A DNA stretch of 63,869 nt, filler included, from Neolecta irregularis DAH-3 (lineage: Eukaryota): assembly GCA_001929475.1 (NCBI GenBank). It is 8 parts of 8 records of this genome, joined end to end, with 100 filler letters (N's around TTAATTAATTAA, not from the genome) between each part and the next. Parts side by side here need not be neighbours in the genome. Positions count along the whole stretch, not along the records: positions 50,803 to 55,614 come from LXFE01003114.1; positions 55,715 to 59,615 come from LXFE01003121.1; positions 59,716 to 62,180 come from LXFE01003137.1; positions 62,281 to 63,869 come from LXFE01003154.1; 4 more parts are not named here. One strand, 5' to 3'. The position numbers and the translations under genes are program-made. The notes below the pieces were generated by a model. The model was not told the origin of the DNA. It worked only from the letters and a program-made list of their open reading frames with translations, and did no database searches. Below, one piece after another: positions 52,075 to 63,869 of the stretch (position 1 is the first letter of the stretch; the number at the start of each line of letters is the position of its first letter).

Positions 52075-53002
52075 ATGGAGGGCAACAATTTATTTCTCAC
52101 GTCGCTGGTGGTATGGTGCTTGGATGAAGGAGAGGTTGCTGACCGAGTCAGGCAGGGGCAATGGCAGGGACTGCAGTAGATCTCTTGTTATTTCCACTTG
52201 ACACGATCAAGACTCGACTGCAAGCACAGGAGGGTTTTATGAAATGTGGAGGATGGCAGGGGATGTACAAAGGAGTGGGAAGCGTCGTTGCTGGAAGCGC
52301 GCCGGGCGGTGCCAAGCTGTCGCAACCCGCCGTGCTGATTAGCCAGCGGCTCTGTTCTTTGCGACGTACGAGTGCGGCAAGAAATATTTGCAGCCGTATA
52401 CAGCAAGCGACTCTGTGTGCCACATGGTGTCGGCATCGCTGGGAGAATTAGCCGCGTGCACTGTGCGCGTGCCGACCGAAGTAATCAAACAACGGACACA
52501 AGCATCAGGTCATCAGTCATCGCTAGAAGCACTGCGGTACATTTTGTCGCAGTCTTCTGGGGAGAGGGTGCTTGCAGGGCTCTATCGTGGATACGGGAGT
52601 ACGATATTTCGAGAGATACCGTTCACAGTGATCCAGTTCCCGCTGTACGAAGCGTTGAAGGCTTGGCGAGCACGATTGACTGCTCGCAAGCGGGTTAGTG
52701 CTGGAGAAGCAGCTGTTTGCGGGTGTATAGCCGGAGGGGTTGCGGCGGGGTTGACGACGCCGCTGGATGTGATAAAGACAAGGCTGATGCTGGCAAGAGA
52801 GGTGTGGCATGGGAAGGGTGCGGTGCTGATGTGCTAGCGGCATAGCATTGGCGAGATTACCCGTCAGATAGTGCGAGACGGGGGGGTACAGGAGTTTTGG
52901 TTGGGAGTGGGTCCTCGGGTGGGATGGATTGGAGCGGGAGGAGCAGTGTTTTTGGGGGTGTATGAATGCGCAAGACAATACATGGATGCATGGCTTGAGT
53001 AG
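52075..53002 (+). CDS. PET8: Mitochondrial S-adenosylmethionine carrier, 4 exons
   Basis: [69 protein letters not shown]. Confidence 0.92.
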
Positions 53003-53252
53003 ATGGTGAATGATGAATGTGCATGGGAGTAAGAGAATGGATAAGGATGACATTAGATGAATATATGCTAGAGGAGATACTAGATGACCATAAAGAACAG
53101 ATGGTGGTCGATATACTAATGATAGATGATGAATAGATGATATCCTAGATGAAAGACGATATACTATATGATAAATAGTGGTTGGTGGATGAATGCTCGT
53201 GCTCATAAATACCAGACGTACACGTGACACCCCATCGTACTGCATCCTTGCC

Positions 53253-55614
53253 ATGTGCCCGCTGCTTCTCTCAGAGTGGCGCGTTTCTTTGCCGCTGCAC
53301 GGGCACGAATTCTTTTTTGCAGACGATGCGCTGATCGGCCCGCTGCTGATTGCACTCCCACTCGACAATTCGCGTTCTGCCGCTGTCTTTGCTCTCTGCG
53401 GCTCCCTATCCATCCCAAACCTCTCCCTTTCTCCAAATGGCCCCTTCTTTCCCGCTGCCCAACATCTCCCTCCATCGCTCTTCGAAAATCTCCATATCCG
53501 CGCTCTCGCAGTGGCAATGCTCCGCTATTTTGCTCAGATCCCGGACAATGTCCGCCGCAAAGCCCGCATCTTTCACGAACCAAATTCCACCGATCAGCTC
53601 CAGATAAGCGCCCGCGGCGGCGCTTTCGACGAAATGCACGCTGCAGACATTGCCCAGCGCTGCGTTCCCGCAAGAGCATCGCTCCTCCAGTCGCAGATAA
53701 ACAAGATCCTCGAACAGCGATTCACAAAGGACCTCATTATAGATCTCGTCCTCCCAGACACGGACACAACCAATCCATGCCCCTCAACCGACTCCTTTCT
53801 CTCAATATTCACAGATCCGGACGACCTCACAACAACCCACGATCCGTGCGTAAGAGACTCCATTTTGTCACCCCACCTGCCCCAATCTGGCTCCCTCCAG
53901 CTTGATTCCCATGTCACAGAACGACGCGTCCGCTTTTTTCATGAACTAGTGTCAACAGAAGAGCGATATGTGGATCGCCTTTCCCATCTGATCAGAGATT
54001 ATGTCGTTCCACTCCGACGATTAGGCACACCCTCATCATCCTACGACCTCAAGGCCCTCTTTCCAGCAGTTCTAGACCAGATATCTCAAGCAAACTCGGC
54101 ATTTTACAACGAAATAAAAGACGTCGACAACGAACTGCAATTAGCTACTCTGTGCTCCAAACACGTTCGCCTCCTTTTATATTTTAGTCACGTCATTTAA
54201 TCTCCTAGTTTGGTTTGTTTGCCCCGCTCTACTCTAAATTCCTCGAAGCAAGCTTGGACTTTGAAATCCATCTCGAGAATCTGCTGCGGCAAACTCGATG
54301 CAAAGAATACGCAAATGTCCTTGTCAACGTTGTCAAAATTAATCTTTTTAGGCGCAAAAGTACAAAGGACGACACCATGTCGGACTCAAGGAGTTGCTGA
54401 TGGAACCAATGCAACGAATGCCTCGGTATTCCATGTTACTCTCAAGTATTTTCCCTGGAACCTATCACTTCTTACCTTATACATCCTCGCATTGACCCCT
54501 GACTCGACTACTCTACATAAAACCCTAACCGAGACTATCAATATTGCTAAAAGAATCTCTACAATGGAACGAAAAGACGCGGAGAAAGTATCCTCTACAT
54601 TCTTTGCTTTAAAAAATAAAATCGCCGGCTTCCCTGATTCCATGATCTCTGCAAATCGCAGACTAGTCAATGCCGTCAACGCTCAATGCCTTCTCAGCCC
54701 AGATTTTTTACGAGCAGAATCCCTTCCAGTCACTCTTGTAATTTTCACCGACTGTATCGCGATTCTCCAGCGCGTAGGAGAAACTGTCTCTGGAGCAGCT
54801 GAAATCTTGCAATGTCGATTCCTGCTCAAGCCACAGGGCAGCAGGAAAACAGAAAAGTCAAACAATCTAGCCACAAGCACCTCCAACAAAAAAGACTTGA
54901 TATTTCGCGGGTGGATCAAATGGGAACAGGCATATTTTGAATATGGCCACCAGCAAGATTCTCTATGGATCAGACTATCCTCCGAAGTCGTCAACTCGGT
55001 CGTCGACCACGATAATCGATGGACCCGCAAACCCGAACGCAAATTCATCATATCCGGAGAAACTAATATTGACGTAGAAGGTTTCATGCAAGCCATCACA
55101 TCCGCAAAACTTCAATGCAAAACAGGAAAAGCTGAAACACTGACCTTGAACAACCATTCGCTCTCGGCGAAATTCGCAGTATATAGAGGAACAGAACAGT
55201 ATAAATCCGAAGATGTTAAAGTAAGACAATCCTGTAGTTGAGGAGCTCTGACGACTAGTCTGATATAGCTATTATCTGCGAATCGAGCAGCGATTTCCAT
55301 ATCTCCTTNNNNNNNNNNAGCTCTGACGACTAGTCTGATATAGCTATTATCTGCGAATCGAGCAGCGATTTCCATATCTCCTTGAAATTCCTGCAGGCAG
55401 TAAAGGTGGGAATCACCCTGAAATTTTTAGATAATGAGCACTACAAGTAAATACCCTCAACATCAATTAACCTAACCTAAAAAAGTCTATCTGTCCAAAG
55501 TGCCACTGACGGCGTTGCAGACGCCTCAATCGACCAAATACCTCTTTCCAATCTCCGCAAAGCGATCCTAGAACAAGGTAAAAATTAATCTCCAATCTCT
55601 AGTATTAAAAATCC
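53253..55614 (+). CDS. Bud3/Gef2-like RhoGEF (DH-PH), 3' end truncated by the gap
   Basis: Bud3-type N-terminus (LSLSPNGPFFPAAQHLP, FDEMHAADIAQR); DH motifs ELVSTEERYVDRL and GLKELLMEPMQRMPRYS; PH-like LVIFTDCIAIL. Confidence 0.82.
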
Positions 55615-57219
55615 NNNNNNNNNNNNNNNNNNNNNNNNNNNNNNNNNNNNNNNNNNNNTTAATTAATTAANNNNNNNNNNNNNNNNNNNNNNNNNNNNNN
55701 NNNNNNNNNNNNNNAGAGCCTTTAAGTATCCTCCAAAATATTATGTGTATCATTTTCGTGCCACAAACACATTAAGGCTGAAGCCACGAACGATAAAGTT
55801 AGATCTAAATGATGATCTCTTTCTCCAAACTAGAATTAGGCAGCTAAATAAACTCTCCTTATAATGATGCGATCGACTTCAACACAGGTTCTTTTTTTAA
55901 GGGAATTTTTGAGGGAGAGGGATAGAGGGCTTTTCTGACCGTGTGAGTTCACTGGGTAGAAATAGTGAGACAGATTATTTCTCTACGGTTTTTCTTGCTG
56001 CAAGAAAGGAAGACTACCCAATCTTTATTTTCCCACCCGCAAAACACACACTGTAGCAAGTTGAACTCTTGTGTACAAATAAGACTAAGTTATATTTCTT
56101 TAATCTAAGCTTGTGGACTTTATGAGCTTAGGTTAAGGTATGCCTGACAAGCCATTATATACTTCTACATACAAATGCCCTTATTTCTATTTCACCCCTT
56201 GCTCAATTGGTAAGATATATCAGGTAATACCCCGGATGTATCCTTACACACACGATCCCAAGAGAACATAAAAGTAGAAAAGTAAAGAGAAAGTAATTGA
56301 GCTAGTGGAACACCTGGGAGACAACTAGCTTGTTAGCACACAGGTTCCAGTCAGTGTTCACAGTGAGTTTTGACTGCTTTGACGAGTGGTAGGTTTTTGG
56401 TGGGAAGGGGGTTTGAAGCTTTGTTGAGCGAGGGCGAAGTCTGGTAGCGAGGAATCAAGTTATCAAAGAAAAGACTAGACTCGCTATTCAGACAGTATCC
56501 TCGTCTATCGAAAAAGAAACCTTCGCAGCCCTTTGATCCTATCCACAGAACACACGCTATGCCAAGTGGCTCTGAAAAACAAAAATGATAAAGTAAGTAA
56601 GTAAATAAAAATAAAAGATAGGAAACTTCTCTAAACTAGACCCAGTGAGACAACCGGCCGCATTCCCTTATACGAGAGACCTATGGCGATCCAGACCGAT
56701 CCAATGACCTAGTTCTTCAAAGTTAAACGTAGAAACACGTCGTTGGTTTTGGCTGACTGCGTGCTAAGACGTCTAAAAATGCGTTGCCGCTGTAACCGGA
56801 AAATGAAGAAATGCGGTTCCATGTTACTCGGGACAAGCTTGGCACAGGAAAATGGTACACGTGGTATTTTGCGGTTATCTGATGAGTTTTCTCTTCCTTG
56901 GTTTACTACAATGACGTGGCTCATACTTGTAAATCTATAAGTAGTCCTGTATCTGCACATTTGTAGGATGGATGGATAATGCTCTATTCATCCCGTTAAG
57001 AATCAAAGAATAGTTTCCCTCTTTTTCCTCTATGTTACCAGAATCCTAAAACCTCAAAAGGCTCTACAACTACAACCTGTGTGTAACAAGCTGTATCCCT
57101 ACTACGAGGGAGACCATTCAAGATCTGAAACCAACCCAATACCCTAGTTTCCTTCAATCCGGTGGTTATTAGTGGCGGAGCGCGTGTAAAGTGGGGATAG
57201 TAGAGTGGAAGGGTCTGTC

Positions 57220-57290
57220 GCGCAGAATCCGTCCCAAGGGTTAAAGTCGAGACAAGAATGGGAATAGAGTGAGTGTTGATTGTTGCTAAA
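57220..57290 (-). repeat. Dispersed repeat shared with 40215-40288
   Basis: Exact 20-mer CCTTGGGACGGATTCTGCGC at 40269-40288 (+) and 57220-57239 (-), with weaker upstream similarity (CAACAA...CACTCACT). Confidence 0.7.
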
Positions 57291-58294
57291 TGGGTGGGTA
57301 GTAGCAGGTAGGCTTCCTAAGGTTGTTCTTTTTGATCTTTGATATTTTGTTGTGAAGAAAGAGGGGCAGGGGACTATAATATCCTTGCACAACACAACAT
57401 ACTTCCTTCCAGTACACGCTGTAGGAAAAAAAGGAAAAGCCAAGCCAAGCTCTGTTTATTGTCAGCACACCACATACTCCCGGTACGAAGATACTCTCGA
57501 GAAGACAGAGAACTGAAGTTGGAAGCAGAACCGTGTCAAAAATAGATAGGATAGTGAATTGTAAGTGAGATTGGTGATAATAAAAATCGTGGAGGTGACG
57601 GGAGAAGGGAGCTCGAGTGAGGAGTCCCGATAGTGTTGTATTAGGCGAAAATCCTCAGTTTAGCATTTCTTTATGACAGGTCCTTTAATGTTCTGAGGCC
57701 ATCATGGCTAACCCCTTGATATCATTTATATCAGCAAGATATCTCTTGGTATACATTACCATTACGGAAGGAGGCTTGCCATAATATTAGGCAATTGAAA
57801 TTACAAGTTTATAAAAGTAGACAGACGGCGATACCTGGTCTAAGTCAAATTCACTTAGGGTAGCTAGTCTTGTTCGCACTCGGGCTTCAATACCTAATTA
57901 TTTGAGGATAAAAGAAGAAATCGGGCGCTTCGTGCGGTTTCCCGCAAGTAACTCCACCTATTCCTATTTGACGTTATGTGCACAATGGTATTGTGTTCAA
58001 CTTCTGAGGGCTTGAATCTGAGGTTCTCGAAACTAAAGTACTGGTAACACTACCTAATTATAGTTTTGCTAAACTCATCTTATGTCGGGTCTTTGGGCAC
58101 ATTAGTAGTGGCTCTCTCTGAACACATGAAATCTATATTAGCTCCAATGTAGCAGGTATAAGTAGAGCAAAGATGACCCTTTAGACAGACGATATCTTTT
58201 CCATTCTTTCAGCTTTGGTCTGTGGATCAGGCGCTGCAATTACTACTTTTCATTCATCGAACTTGTCTTTCTGGGAAAGATATTCAACACACCA

Positions 58295-59431
58295 ATGAAG
58301 TGTTTCTTGGTCTTCGTCACTATCCTGACTGCTCGTTCAACTCCGATCCTCCCTGTGAGATCTATAGCTGCCCGAAGTTCTCCCTCAGAAGTGATAGATA
58401 TCGTTATTCCCGAAGGTAGATCGCAAACAAACTGCATCGTGTCCCAAATGTCCGATCTAAAACATTGTCTCAAGACCAAAAGCATCGTTATCTCCAACCT
58501 CGCCGTACCAGCACGTGAAACCTTGGACCTTAGCAATCTTATATCTGGTACCCAAGTTATGTTCACGGGAACCACAACATTTGCTCACGCTCATTGGGTT
58601 GGCCCTCTAGTCGTTATCTCTGGGAAAGATATCCAGGTCTCCGGTGATGGTATTCTCGACGGACAAGGCGCCTTGTCTTGGGACGGAAAGGGAACCAACG
58701 GTGGCTATAAAAAAGCTCGGTTACTTTATCTGAAAGATTTGCATGGTGCCAGCGTTACAGGAATAACGATCCGAAATTCACCAGCACAGGTTATGAAGGT
58801 CATTGACTCAGACCACCTCATGATTTCGGGAATTACTATCGACAACACGGATGGCGATACGCATGGAGGACACAACACAGACGGCATCGGTATTTCGAAT
58901 TCGCAATATATCACGGTTTCCAATTGTATCATGCACACACAAGATGATTGCATAGCTGTTGTTTCTGGCAGCAATATACACGTCTCAGGCATCCATTGCA
59001 CGAACGGACATGGACTGGCAGTTGGCAGTGTCGGTGGTAAACTTCATAATTCTGTGATGAATGTCCTGTTTGAGAACTCGATTTTGGTCAATAATACGAA
59101 TGGTGTACGACTCAAAACGAACTATAATACCACCGGAGAGGTTGCCAACGTCACATTTTCCAATATCAAATTAGAAATGATTGCCAAGTATGGGATTGAT
59201 ATTCAGCAAGACTATTTGAATGGAGGACCAACTAACATGCCATCGGATGGGGTCAAAATTACAAACATCCATATGCACAATATCTTTGGGAACGTGAACA
59301 AAGGAGCATACCCCGTTAATGTATTGTGCGGACATGATTCCTGCCATAATTTAGAATTTAGTGGCATAAATATAACCGGCGGAAGTGGCAGTCACTGTAA
59401 CGTGAAAATTATAGGCTTCGATTGCAGGTGA
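58295..59431 (+). CDS. Secreted polygalacturonase (GH28), intronless
   Basis: Signal peptide; catalytic motifs HNTDG, QDDC, GHGL, RLKT; YGIDIQQDYLNGGPT. Confidence 0.95.
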   Translation: MKCFLVFVTILTARSTPILPVRSIAARSSPSEVIDIVIPEGRSQTNCIVSQMSDLKHCLKTKSIVISNLAVPARETLDLSNLISGTQVMFTGTTTFAHAHWVGPLVVISGKDIQVSGDGILDGQGALSWDGKGTNGGYKKARLLYLKDLHGASVTGITIRNSPAQVMKVIDSDHLMISGITIDNTDGDTHGGHNTDGIGISNSQYITVSNCIMHTQDDCIAVVSGSNIHVSGIHCTNGHGLAVGSVGGKLHNSVMNVLFENSILVNNTNGVRLKTNYNTTGEVANVTFSNIKLEMIAKYGIDIQQDYLNGGPTNMPSDGVKITNIHMHNIFGNVNKGAYPVNVLCGHDSCHNLEFSGINITGGSGSHCNVKIIGFDCR

Positions 59432-59990
59432 TGCTTGTTATTTTGTGTACCGTGATAAAGAAAATTTGATCAATGTAGTAATCGTCTTATTGCCTAGACA
59501 TGAATGCGATATCATCTTCAACGGTCTCATTTTGGATTCCAGCCCTTTAGTAAAAGCGTGTTTATGAAACTAATTTCGGATATCTTCCCGCAATTCTCCC
59601 TATGCCGGTGTTTGTNNNNNNNNNNNNNNNNNNNNNNNNNNNNNNNNNNNNNNNNNNNNTTAATTAATTAANNNNNNNNNNNNNNNNNNNNNNNNNNNNN
59701 NNNNNNNNNNNNNNNATCCAGTTCTAAATACTTCACGTAACTCCAACTCTGAGCTAATGAGGATTCTCAGAATCAATTTATCCAGCTTACGAGAGATTCA
59801 AACGCGGTGAGAAAGCCACGAATTGCAAGAATGGAGGTTAATGAAAAGCCGCAAATTAGTCTGGTTTCACGTGACCTTTGCAAAAAGAATGAGGTTGCCG
59901 CTCATTGGGTGCCTTCGAACTTCACACACCAAAGAAGTTGACAGCTTTTTTAACTTCAGCCTCGAGAGAAGCTTCAGCGCATAAAAGAGC

Positions 59991-61870
59991 ATGGATCGTA
60001 TTCTTCTATATGACGAAAATGAAGATGCTCAAGTAAATAGGCGTTGAGACTCATCGACCTTCTGGAGAGACTAGGTCGAGAAGTGATCACAGAAGCGGAG
60101 ATAATTACGTATATTATACCCCCTTAACCCTCGTTTTTCGGGGCTAATTCTTGGTTAGAGTGCCAATCGACCGAGATCTAGATCTCCGCGTGGAAGACGG
60201 TCATCAAGATCTCGTTCCCGCTCTCCACGTCGTAGGTCTTACACCAGAAGCCGATCCAGGACACCTCCTCGACGAGGGAGATCCAGATCCCCTGCTTACG
60301 ATTCGTACGGCGGCAACAATCGCAGCCAGGAAGAACGAAACCTTGAAAAGGACGCTATGGTCCAGAATATTAAAGAAGGCTCTCAACAAGAGCGGCGAGT
60401 TTATGTAGGAAACTTGAGTTACGACGTCAAGTGGCATCACTTGAAAGAGTATATGAGTGCGGGTATGCGGTTATGGATGAGTGAAATGGTCGGTTGGCTG
60501 AAACTTGGGTATAGCGGGAAAAATAGTTTATGCGGATGTTCTTCAGTTACCAAATGGGATGTCCAAGGTACGTACACTGCATTCTCTTTTGTGCTGGGTT
60601 GACATTCGGGGGCTTCTTTGCCCTCTTTTTTATAGGGCTGTGGGTATGTTGACACCCAAGCGTTTCGGTCCTCATTATTTATAGTATCGTCGAATATTCT
60701 ACCCGGGAAGAAGCCCAAAATGCCATTAATACACTGACAAATCAAATATTGATGGGACGCTTAGTGTATATTCGAGAAGTATGGTGGATGACATGGAGCC
60801 TGGAAATTAAGTGCTAGGATCGTGAGCAAGAGCCAAGATTTAACAATTCGTCATCCGGGGGAGCAGGATACCAGCCTCGTGGAGGTTTTCGAGGCGGTTA
60901 TTCTGCTGGCCGAGGTGGATATGATAGTTATTCCAGTGGAAGTCACGGTTACGGTGGTGGCACTCAACTCTTTATCAATCACGTATGAATTTCCTTTCTA
61001 CTAAATTGACTCCTAGTTGCCTTATACCGTTGGCTGGCAAGATCTGAAGGATCTTTTCCGACCAGTCGGTATGCATAATTCTGCCTAGAAGTTTATAGCT
61101 CATTCTAGGAAATGTTGTTCGAGCCGATGTTCACAGCACTTTTGACGGACGACCCAAGGGCACAGGTATTGTTGTCTTCGAAACGCCTGCCGAAGCACAG
61201 GCCGCCATTCACCAGTTCAACGGATATGATTTGCAAGGTAGAAACATTGAAGTCCGAGAAGATCGATTTCCTCAGAATGGGCTTGGCGGTCGTTTCGGGG
61301 GTCGTGGCAGTTTCGGAGGACGTGGAGGCTTCCGTGGTGGATTCCAGAGTTCTCGAGGTGGATTCGGCGCTGGCCGAGGTGGATTTCAAGGTGGCTATAA
61401 CAGCTATCAAACCCAACCAGTCGTTAAAACCAACGAATTCACTGATGGTGCGCTTGGTGGAGGTTCTCCAAGCGCAACGATTCATGTTGATAATGTATTT
61501 CGAATTCCTTTGAGAAGATACTAATTTTTCAGTTGCCGTGGTCCACCAGCAACGACGATCTCGTTGAACTCTTTACAACAATAGGTAAAGTAGAACGTGC
61601 TGAGATGCAGTTCGAGCCTAATGGACGGTCTAAAGGCGCCGGGGTTGTCCAGTTCGATGGACAAGAAATGGCAGAAATGGCTATATGTAAGTATCAAGTG
61701 AGTGATTTCCAGCTTATTATAAAGCCAAATTCGGTGGATATATGTACGGTGGGCGACCACTTCGACTCTCCTACGTTCGCTATGTTTCCGGAGACGATAC
61801 CGGGATGGGAGTAAACGCCGGGATGGGCGGAGATGCCACCATGATAGACTCCTCCTATAATGGAATGTAA
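59991..61870 (+). CDS. SR-like three-RRM RNA-binding protein (Gbp2/Hrb1-like), 11 exons
   Basis: RS-rich N-terminus, [27 protein letters not shown] (8-nt microexon), [18 protein letters not shown] tracts, [20 protein letters not shown]. Confidence 0.9.
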
Positions 61871-61985
61871 AAGGTCGGAAAGCTCCAGATCTGATCCCGT
61901 TAATTGACATGTATTCTGTTTATCGTATGCAATATTCAAGATCTCAAGTTTGGTGTTTACAAGATTTGAGATAAGCTCGGCGCCG

Positions 61986-62177
61986 TACCAACAGCCCCCC
62001 CTCCTTCCCCCACGTTCCTACACGATATAAATATATAATAAAAATAAAAATATTTCTCCACCACCATCTCTTCAAAAGGATAATGGCACCTAAACTTTGA
62101 ATAGAATAGACAAATATATGTCTCGCGTATTTTTTGGTAAGGTGTCGGGTCGCAGGGGGCGGGGTGTCGGTTGATAC
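61986..62177. mobile_element. Possible small non-autonomous DNA transposon relic
   Basis: Imperfect inverted ends (TACCAACAGCCCCCC / GGGGTGTCGGTTGATA) and partial similarity to 50556-50650. Confidence 0.35.
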
Positions 62178-62440
62178 GATNNNNNNNNNNNNNNNNNNNN
62201 NNNNNNNNNNNNNNNNNNNNNNNNTTAATTAATTAANNNNNNNNNNNNNNNNNNNNNNNNNNNNNNNNNNNNNNNNNNNNACTTTCTAAATACAATTGCC
62301 GTTATTTCTTTTCCGCCACTTGCTTCATTGGTAAGATATATCCGGTGGTGCCCCGGCGGATATAGCCTTTCAGGTTTAATAGTGGCTTCACAAAATTTCG
62401 ACATTTTCAGCTCCACCACTTCCAAAAGATTCCGGTTACG

Positions 62441-62932
62441 ATGCCCATTAGGCCACTACTATCGTTTCCATCACTTTTGCATTCCCGCTCGTCAATTCCT
62501 CCAGGTTTGCCTTATTTAGTGAGAAATAAAACCAGTGGCGGACCCCCTCAGACCGGCCCTATACGTAAAAAAAATGAGAACAAAGATGATCCTCGTCGAA
62601 CTCTCTTAAAACGCATTCTCTACAAAGCGCCAAATCCAAAAACCTTAGAAATGAATGAAGAAGATCTCATTCGCCACGAAGTAATTCATCGTGCTTGGCA
62701 TGTCAGAGAACGGAATGACCGAGAAAGAAGGGATGCTGAACTTGACCGGCAGTATACTAAAATCGTCGACGCATGTACAGAGCTTGAGAAGGCTGATAAA
62801 AAATTATTTCGCGCATCTATGATGAAGCCTACGAATAGACTATTTCCGATGGAAATGAGAATACCAACAGACACGCCTGGATCTTGGAAGTATGATTGGA
62901 AGGCTGACGAATCCAAAGTAAAGTCTCGCTAA
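62441..62932 (+). CDS. MRPL28: Mitochondrial ribosomal protein mL40
   Basis: RHEVIHRAW, LDRQYTKIVDACTEL, FPMEMRIPTDTP...WKYDWK. Confidence 0.85.
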   Translation: MPIRPLLSFPSLLHSRSSIPPGLPYLVRNKTSGGPPQTGPIRKKNENKDDPRRTLLKRILYKAPNPKTLEMNEEDLIRHEVIHRAWHVRERNDRERRDAELDRQYTKIVDACTELEKADKKLFRASMMKPTNRLFPMEMRIPTDTPGSWKYDWKADESKVKSR

Positions 62933-63239
62933 GTCAGTTATTACATATGGCTAGACCTCATGAGTTTTTGGAGTTATCTCTTTTGTACATGGACGAGCAC
63001 TATGCGATTGTCGTGGGCTCAGAATAACAAACATGAATCTTGTAGCATGACTACGAAGTCACCATGCAAGCGATAGATGACAATCAGGACCGAAAATTAT
63101 ATAATTGTTCAGGCCTCAGTTGTTCAAAGTCTACATGACACCATTATATCAAAGGGTTTAGAGGGTTTTTGTAAGGATATACATATATCTTACCAATACG
63201 GCAAGGTGGCTTGACGGGAAGTAAACAGAGGCGGAAGTT

Positions 63240-63864
63240 AGCTAATCCTAGCCAAGTACGAGTACTTAGGCTAGGTATGTCCCTTTGTAAGAAGTACGAA
63301 TACTTCGGCTAGTTATAACACTTGGTCTTATCGTACTTCTAAGCGCATAGCTTGCAGTTTTCCTTGACGACTCTGTCTATAGATCGCTGAAGAGCCTCAC
63401 CTGCTGTTACAATTGGCAGCTCATCAACCTCTTCATCTGACTCTCGCTCTATCTCTGGGTCAAATTGGTAGGTAATGAATTCCTCAATATCATCCTGTCT
63501 ATCATGTATAGCCTCCTCTGCCGGATTAAGAAAATTCTGAATATCCATAGCATCATGGATCTAAGCCACAATCATTCTATATTGACTTGAAAGCAATCTT
63601 TTGCTCTTTGTAATAGCGGAATGGAGTTTCGTGTATGTCTTTATAACGAATTTGGTATTAATCAAACGAACTTCGTAACAAGGTTTAAATTCGTTAAACC
63701 CCATACAAATTAATTTTGGTAGAGAGTTGGATTCATTATTCGGAGGTTCCCTATAGCCAGATTTGACTGTATGAGGTATTTTTCTATCATCATGGAGCGA
63801 ATTCGCCTTATAGCGAATTAAACACCCTTGAACGCCACATTCGTTATAAGTACGTTCGACAGTA
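63240..63864 (-). mobile_element. Pogo/Tigger (CENP-B-like) transposon relics with TIR fragments
   Basis: Acidic transposase C-terminus MDIQNFLNPAEE...ESDEEVDELPIVTAGEALQ (63339-63548); TIR-like ends ATTTGACTG|TA (63771) and TTCGTTATAAGTACGTTCGACAG|TA (63864). Confidence 0.7.
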
Positions 63865-63869
63865 TGCCA

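Overview
Eukaryotic (fungal, ascomycete) genomic DNA with a compact, intron-dense organisation; most introns are 32-50 nt. An early-diverging ascomycete (Taphrinomycotina-like) is inferred but not proven. The window is a scaffold of eight contigs joined by artificial 100-nt spacers (44 N + TTAATTAATTAA + 44 N), so adjacency across those joins is not guaranteed. Conserved genes: COP1, GNA1, DPH7, an ERJ5-like J-protein, a Bem3/Rga2-like PX-PH-RhoGAP, a ceramide synthase, TCD1/2, PRMT5, PRP43, TilS, a SAM carrier, a Bud3-like RhoGEF, a Gbp2/Hrb1-like RNP and mL40. Accessory content: a decaying P450/MFS neighbourhood, several mostly intronless secreted proteins (a GH28 polygalacturonase, two PAN/apple proteins, a Kex2-type propeptide) and hAT/pogo transposon relics. 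The most notable signal is a hairpin-rich non-coding stretch divergent from PRMT5 (~42950-44340, + strand) with hallmarks of a telomerase RNA gene: a UAACCCUAA template, a template-boundary stem, a candidate pseudoknot and a P6.1-like motif. Other notable items are a secreted PAN protein with an apparently dead Ulp1-like domain, a required intron with no AG acceptor (GT-AT or AT-AC), frequent AAG/GAG acceptors, and telomere repeats bracketing a hAT fragment. All exon structures were traced by hand; no database searches or folding programs were run.
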